Source: Eledone cirrhosa (taxonomy: Eukaryota). Taken from it: a stretch of DNA of 64,000 bases. Positions 57,612-64,000 of this stretch are shown here, one piece after another (within the stretch, counting starts at the first letter, position 1; every line of letters begins with the position of its first letter). The position numbers were made by a program, and so were the translations under genes. The DNA lies in assembly GCA_964016885.1 (NCBI GenBank), contig OZ024743.1, positions 60,636,001 to 60,700,000 on the forward strand, read 5' to 3'. The notes below the pieces were generated by a model. It searched no databases and was not told the DNA's origin. It worked only from the letters and a program-made list of their open reading frames with translations.

Positions 57612-58302
57612 CAAGGTGCATTCCAGAAGCTTTGAGACTTTTTGAGGAGAGGCAGTTATTTTGTGGTAAACTGGGCCAAAAATGTCATGGAAAATTTATG
57701 AAATGCTTCAGACTGCTTATGAATTAATATGTATGAGCCGAGCATGGTAGGCAGGAGATGAGAGACAATGCGAGGTGTGAGAGAGTGAGTTAGAACACCA
57801 ACGTTGATTGAGAAAATTCACAATATTCGGGATGAAGACTGGTGTGTGTCTTTAAAGATAATCAGCATATACTTTGGAGTTGGTGTGGTAAATGTGCATA
57901 GAATTATTCATGAAGATCTGAACATGCGCAAAATGTTTGCAAAGTTTGTTCTCAGGGTGCTTAGTGACAAAGAGAATGAAGGACAGGGATTGGCAAAAAA
58001 CTGTCCACTCACCCCCCAACAATCAAGATCTTGCTCCCAGTGACATTTGGTTGTTCCCCAAGCTGAAGGAGAACCTCAAGAGCAGTTGATGTGAATAAAG
58101 TAAGAAAGTGAAGGAAGCTATGAGAAAGGAGACCGTTAATTTGGAGGACTTTCATGGGCCTTCAGTAAGTGGTTGGGGCAAATCAACAAGTGCTTTGAAG
58201 TCAAAGTATCCTACTTTGAAAGAGATTAGAGTTTTGTACTTTGCTAAAATGAATAAAAAATGGCTCATTTGAAGAAGTCTAAACATTTCTTGAATGCCCC
58301 TC
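57612..58302 (+). mobile_element. Internally deleted mariner remnant
   Basis: HRIIHEDLNMRKMFAKFVLRVL and DLAPSDIWLFPKLKENL; degenerate TIRs. Confidence 0.72.
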
Positions 58303-58498
58303 CATCCCAATTCTACTTTTGGAAAGCATAAGAACTGTGAAACCGGTAAAGGAAATAAATAAATATTCTTAAAAGGACTCCAGTTGCATTTTCGATTTCT
58401 TTTCCTAATACTTTCACTCGTGTAGGACATCTGGTTTTTTTATTCATAAAAACCTTATTTTCTTATATATACATATATATATACACACACACACACAC

Positions 58499-58568
<70 letters not shown>

Positions 58569-58570
<2 letters not shown>

Positions 58571-58746
58571 AAAATGTTTAAACCCGACGGCAGAGCTCAA
58601 GCCGTTTCGGCGGCTATTTCTGGACGTCGAAACAGCTTGAGCTCTGCCGTCGGGATTAAACATTTTCCTATTACCCACTATTACCCTAAGTATTGAGTAC
58701 TCTGGTGCGTTATTGTCCCTCTGGTTCCTTACTACACTTCCTTCGG

Positions 58747-58747
<1 letters not shown>
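58569..58747 (+). mobile_element. Fold-back mini-element family B
   Basis: Homologous to 56251-56450. Confidence 0.8.
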
Positions 58748-58832
<85 letters not shown>

Positions 58833-59944
58833 TACATATATATATATGGTATTGCTATATATATATGGCGTTATATATACTTACTGTTATTATACATATA
58901 TGGTGTTATATATACCTTGTGCTAGTATATACGTATGGTGTTGTTATATATTATCTGTCGCAGTGTAATTGACGTTGTTAAGGTTGTCAGTGTTAAAATA
59001 AAAGTCGTTATTCTGCAAGATTATAGGAATATTACACATAATAAAACTCTTCCGGTAGACATTAAACATCAGGTCTCGGCCTCTACTACTACTATTACTA
59101 CTACTACTTTTGCTGATGGTGAGAAGAATAATGATGGAACCACCACCACCACCACCACCACCACCACCACTACTACTATCAACATTTAAAAATATAACAA
59201 TGCGAGTTAATGTAACGGAAAATTGTAATAGCAGCAACGTTATCAACAACAGTTAACAACGACGGCAAGAACAGTATGTATCATTAGCAACACCCGTTTG
59301 CATCGACAGCAACAACAGCTCTCAACAACAGTGAGAACAACTTAAAACATTAGCAAATCAGGTTGCAAGAATAGCAACAACATTTTAGAAATGTAGCAGC
59401 GATACGCTACATGGTTAAAGGTAAGTAGTTTCAGCAATAGTAATAACTGGCGACAAGTTGACAACCATAGCAATGAGATATTCCAACTTTAGCAATAAGA
59501 GTTTACACAACAGCAAAAACAGCTTACACTGATAGCAACAGCAGTTTGCAACATTGGCAAAAAGGTGTTACAACGATAGCAACAACAACCATGCGCAACG
59601 GCAATAACAGGTCACAACGGTTGCAGCAACGGCTATTAGCAGTAGCAAAAACGGTAGCAACAACCGTTTGCAACAACACTATCAATATACTCCAAAGATA
59701 GCAATAACATCTAACGTTAACAACAACCAGAACAATGTGTTGCAACAATTGAAAAACATGTTTGTACGCTAGCAACATGTCCAAAAGATAGCAACGATAG
59801 CAAGCATCTATAGCGTGGGAAACTTACAGCGATAACATCAACAGGTGGCAATACAACAATAACAACAACAGTTAGCCGCAATAGCAAGATCAACTTTGAA
59901 TGATAGCATTGTAACGATAGTTTGTAACAATAGCCTTTTGTAAT

Positions 59945-61181
59945 AATTGTTTCTACGTTAGGCACAAGGCCAGCAATTACCAGTGCATTACTGGTACTTT
60001 ATTTTATCGACCCCGTAAGGATGAAAGGTAAAGTTAACCTTGGTGGGATTTGAACTCAGTTTGTAATAATGGTGTCTAATTTAGGCAAAAGGCCAGCAAT
60101 CTGGGGAGGAGGGGAAAGTCGATTAAATCGACCCCAATACAAAATTAGTACTTTATTTTATCCACCCCGTAATGATGAAAAGCAAAACTAACCTCGGCAA
60201 CTCAGAATGTAAAAAGCCGTAACTCTATGTCGCAAGGCCGGGTGTCCGACGCTCTACCGATTCTGCCAATCCACCGCCTTACCCTGTTGTAATAATGATT
60301 TCTACTATAGGCACAAGGCCAGCAATTTTGGGAGAGGGGAAAGACGATTAAGTCGAACTCAGTGTATTACTTGTGCTTTATTTTATTGATTCCGTAAGGA
60401 TGAAAGGCAAAGCTAACCTCGGAGGGATTTGAACTCAGATCAAAAAGGGGCGTAACTCTATACTGCAAAGCATGGTGTCCGACGCTCTACCGATACTGCC
60501 AATCCACCGCCTTACCCGGTTGTAATATTGCCAACAATTATTTGCAATATTTACATCAGAATATTCAGAGATAATGACAGCAAGCGACCATACCAATTTA
60601 CTGTGAATACCCCATTACTGTGAATAATCCATTTTCTAAATACTTCATTACACACTTTCAATTAATTAAGATTGTTAAATCCAGACGAAATTAACAGGAA
60701 CATGACTTCAACAGTTTATTTATTGGAGGGAAACGGATCTGTTAAATTATCAATAGAGATAAGCTGCTGTGATTGGTGCTGCAAGTATTGATGAATCATA
60801 TCAATAGATCTAGTGCAGTATCCATATAATTGAAGCGGCGGTGCTGCAAAGTCATAAATAAATTTTATTCTGGACTGGCTATTGAACTTCTAAAGTGAAG
60901 CCAGCTGCAGACACTCCTTTTCTATGACACACCTAATGTGTAGTTATTAAGTGTGCTGAATTAAGGTTTCTGATTTAGACACAAGGCCAACACTTTTAGG
61001 AGGAGGGGAAAGTCGATTAAATAAACGCCAGTACGTTACTGGTATTACATTTCATTGACCCAGTAAGGATGAAAGGCAAAGCTAACCTCCCCGGGAGTTG
61101 AACTCAGAACGTAAAGGGACGCAGCTCTATGCCACAAAGCATGTTGTCCGACGCTCAACCGATACTGCCAATCCACCTCCC
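59945..61181 (-). mobile_element. Cluster of Nin-type tRNA-derived SINEs (3 tandem at 59945-60530, one at 60962-61181)
   Basis: rc head ggcggtggattggcag.atcggtagagc..gagttcaaatccc..gcctttcatcctt.cggggtcgataaa. Confidence 0.8.
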
Positions 61182-62369
61182 TTAAGTGTGCTGCCTAATA
61201 ACATCATTTATAGCAAATAATTCCAATGCAGATACTGCAAGACAACATCAGCAACACCGCAATACGACAACATAACACCATAAAAATACAGCACAGCTCC
61301 CTAGCAATACAATTCAAAACAACGCAACACAGTGCACTACGTAAAACACAACACAGTTCAGAGCAACACAAAATCACAACACAACAACACGTGACATACA
61401 ACGCACCACTCAGCAACATAACTCAATAACAACAGAAACAACACACAACACAACAGAACCAACACACAAAACAACTACAACAACAACAACCATAACAAAA
61501 ACCTGAACCACAACCACAACTGCAACAACAACAGTTTAGTTATTAAACTATAACAACAACAATAACAATAACTACATATTTAACTATATATTTACTGGAG
61601 TTGTGTTAACCTAGAGTTAAACCATGGCAACAACAACAACAACAGAATCATTACGCCATAATAGAATTCGGAGCTTGAGTGACTGACATCCCTATAACTG
61701 AATCAGCACAATCACAACACGCTGACAACAACTAGAGTGTCACAATTACAATACACCAACAACAACTACAATAACATCACAATCACAACAGACTAACAAC
61801 AACTACATCACAATTACAACAGCGACAAGATCACAATACAACACACGAACAACTACAGCATTACATTCACAACACGCTAACAACAACTACAACACCATCA
61901 CAATTACAACAGCTACAAGATCACAAATACAACACACCAACAACTACAGCCTTACATTCACAACACGCTACCAACAACTAAAACAGCATCACAATTACAA
62001 TACACCAACAACAGCTGCAATAACAACACAATCACAACATTCTAACAACTACAACACCAACACAAATAACGTTACAATCAAGGCAACAACAGCAACTACA
62101 ACACCACAATTACACAACAATATTAACACCAACAAATAGAAAACCACAAGTACACTGACGTGACAACTACAACACAAATAACCACCCCAAGAATAACATC
62201 ATAATTATATCAGCAATATCACATCTATAACAACAGCTACTATTACAAATATATTACAATAACAATATTCACATCACAATTCCAAGAAAAATACTAACAG
62301 CCACATTACAACCAGAACTACAATACTAACAACATCACCATTTCAAAAATATTAAATATCAACATCACA

Positions 62370-63410
62370 GGACACGTTTTCCGCCTCCAACTTAGTCGCT
62401 TCAGTCACAAAGACCCCCATACCGCGGTCCATAAAGCAGACGACAGGAAGACAAGCAAATACCAGGGTTTGTCCGGTCGCTTCCTTTTTGCACCAGTCGC
62501 CGTCAAGATCTCAGGCGTCCTCGGAGCCCGTACAGCTGAGCTCCTCCACAGAATCGGAACGTTAGCAGCCTGTCTGAAGAAGGAGCCCCCGCGAAGTGGG
62601 GTGGCTGTTGCAGCGAGTGTTGTTGGCCATTGCCCGCAGAAATGTCTTTGCAGTTTCGTCGACGGGGTGCAGCCGAAATACCGCCGCGACCTAAGCACAG
62701 AATCTGTCACCTCTCCCTTTTCTCTACTCTTCTCCCGTTGCCTTATAGTCCTTGCTCTTTCCCTCCTTTTCTTTACATTTATGTCATTCATAGTCCTTTC
62801 CTTTACTTTACTACACAGCCAGATCTGCCCTTCTTTAACCTTTCCACTTTCTATTTCTATTACTCAATTTTGTTTTTGTTTGTTATATATATATATTTCT
62901 ATCTTTGTATAACTTTTGTCTGTAAAATATAGTTGACATAATATGTTTATGTATTACAGATAACAAAATATTTCCACCATTGTATAACTTCTGTTTGTAA
63001 AATATAGTTGACATATGTTTATGTATTACAGATAACAAAATATTTCCACCATTGTATAACTTCTGTTTGTAAAATATAGTTGACATAATATGTTTATGTA
63101 TAACAGATAACAAAATATTTCCACCATTGTATAACTTCTGTTTGTAAAATATAGTTGACATAATATGTTTATGTATAACAGATAACAAAATATTTCCACC
63201 ATTGTATAACTTCTGTTTGTAAAATATAGTTGACATAATATGTTTATGTATAACAGATAACAAAATATTTCCACCATTGTATAACTTCAGTTTGTAAAAT
63301 ATAGTTGACATAATATGTTTATGTATAACAGACATCAAAATAAAATAAAGGACAAAATCTTACATAAAAGATTTTCTGGCATTTAGCCTCATGTTTTTAT
63401 GTTAAAAAAA
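62370..63410 (+). mobile_element. 5'-truncated CRE-clade non-LTR retrotransposon (REL endonuclease C-terminus plus 3' UTR)
   Basis: DTFSASNL..ADDRKTSKYQGLSGRFLFAPVAVKISGVLG..IG..EP(fs)REVGWLLQRVLLAIARRN resembles the CRE REL tail. Confidence 0.7.
62907..63333. repeat. 75-bp tandem repeat, about 5.7 units
   Basis: Direct reading; 25-aa periodicity in the ORF track. Confidence 0.92.
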
Positions 63411-63679
63411 TACAATATTATTCATAACATCACAATGACGACAACACATTTAACAACATTTCTACAATAACAACGACAATATTAACAAAGACATTATTAA
63501 GATGCACATCATCATGATAACTTCAAGAACACCAAAAACAATTTTGACATACGTAACTCCACAGCTTCAACATTCACAACATTCACATCACAATACTACC
63601 ATTTATAAATGGCATCAGTAACATTAGCAAACACTACAATAAAGCCTCACAACAACTGCAACAACTCAACAACGTTAAC

Positions 63680-64000
63680 CATGTCAACACACACTGACAC
63701 AACATCATAGCTACGACATCACAACAACAACTGCAACCATATCAACACAAACTGACACAACATCATAGCCACGACATAACAACAACTGCAACCATATCAA
63801 CACAAACCGACACAACATCATAGCCACGACATCACAACAACAACTACGATATCAACACAAACTGACACAACATCATAGCCACGACATCACAACAACAACT
63901 GTAACCATATCAACACATACTGACACAACATCATAGCCATGACATCACAACAACAACTACGATATCAACACATACTGACACAACATCATAGCCACGACAT
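63680..64000. repeat. 57/60-bp CAA-rich minisatellite running off the window end
   Basis: Repeated ctgacacaacatcatagccacgacatcacaacaac. Confidence 0.88.

Noticed and set aside
62883-63338. 151-aa repeat ORF or CRISPR-like array
   Set aside because: Tandem 75-bp units with no unique spacers and no cas genes; eukaryotic context

Overview
AT-rich, microsatellite-dense eukaryotic intergenic or intronic DNA with no convincing multi-exon host gene. The SINE families and (TA)n/(CA)n density suggest a coleoid cephalopod such as Octopus (inference). Almost all listed ORFs are microsatellite noise. Real coding remnants are transposons: a 5'-truncated but open R4/Dong-type LINE inserted in (CATA)n (18335-20200), a Penelope-like element (PLE) with RT and GIY-YIG domains (39140-41172), two L1/Tx1 LINE pieces, CR1, RTE and CRE fragments, a DD37D (maT) transposon, a deleted mariner, hAT-type MITEs and many tRNA-derived SINEs. 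The main unexplained structure is about 20 short (80-700 bp) non-coding inserts between (TA)n runs, from at least 8 unrelated families. Many are fold-back palindromes with a short unpaired tail. More than a dozen contain hand-foldable minimal type I hammerhead ribozyme motifs (CTGANGA-stem II-GAAA-short palindromic stem III-NUH-stem I). The same motif lies in the 3' UTR of the PLE, so they are read as (TA)n-targeted PLE 3' ends or mini-retroelements. All folds and protein assignments were made by eye and need computational confirmation.
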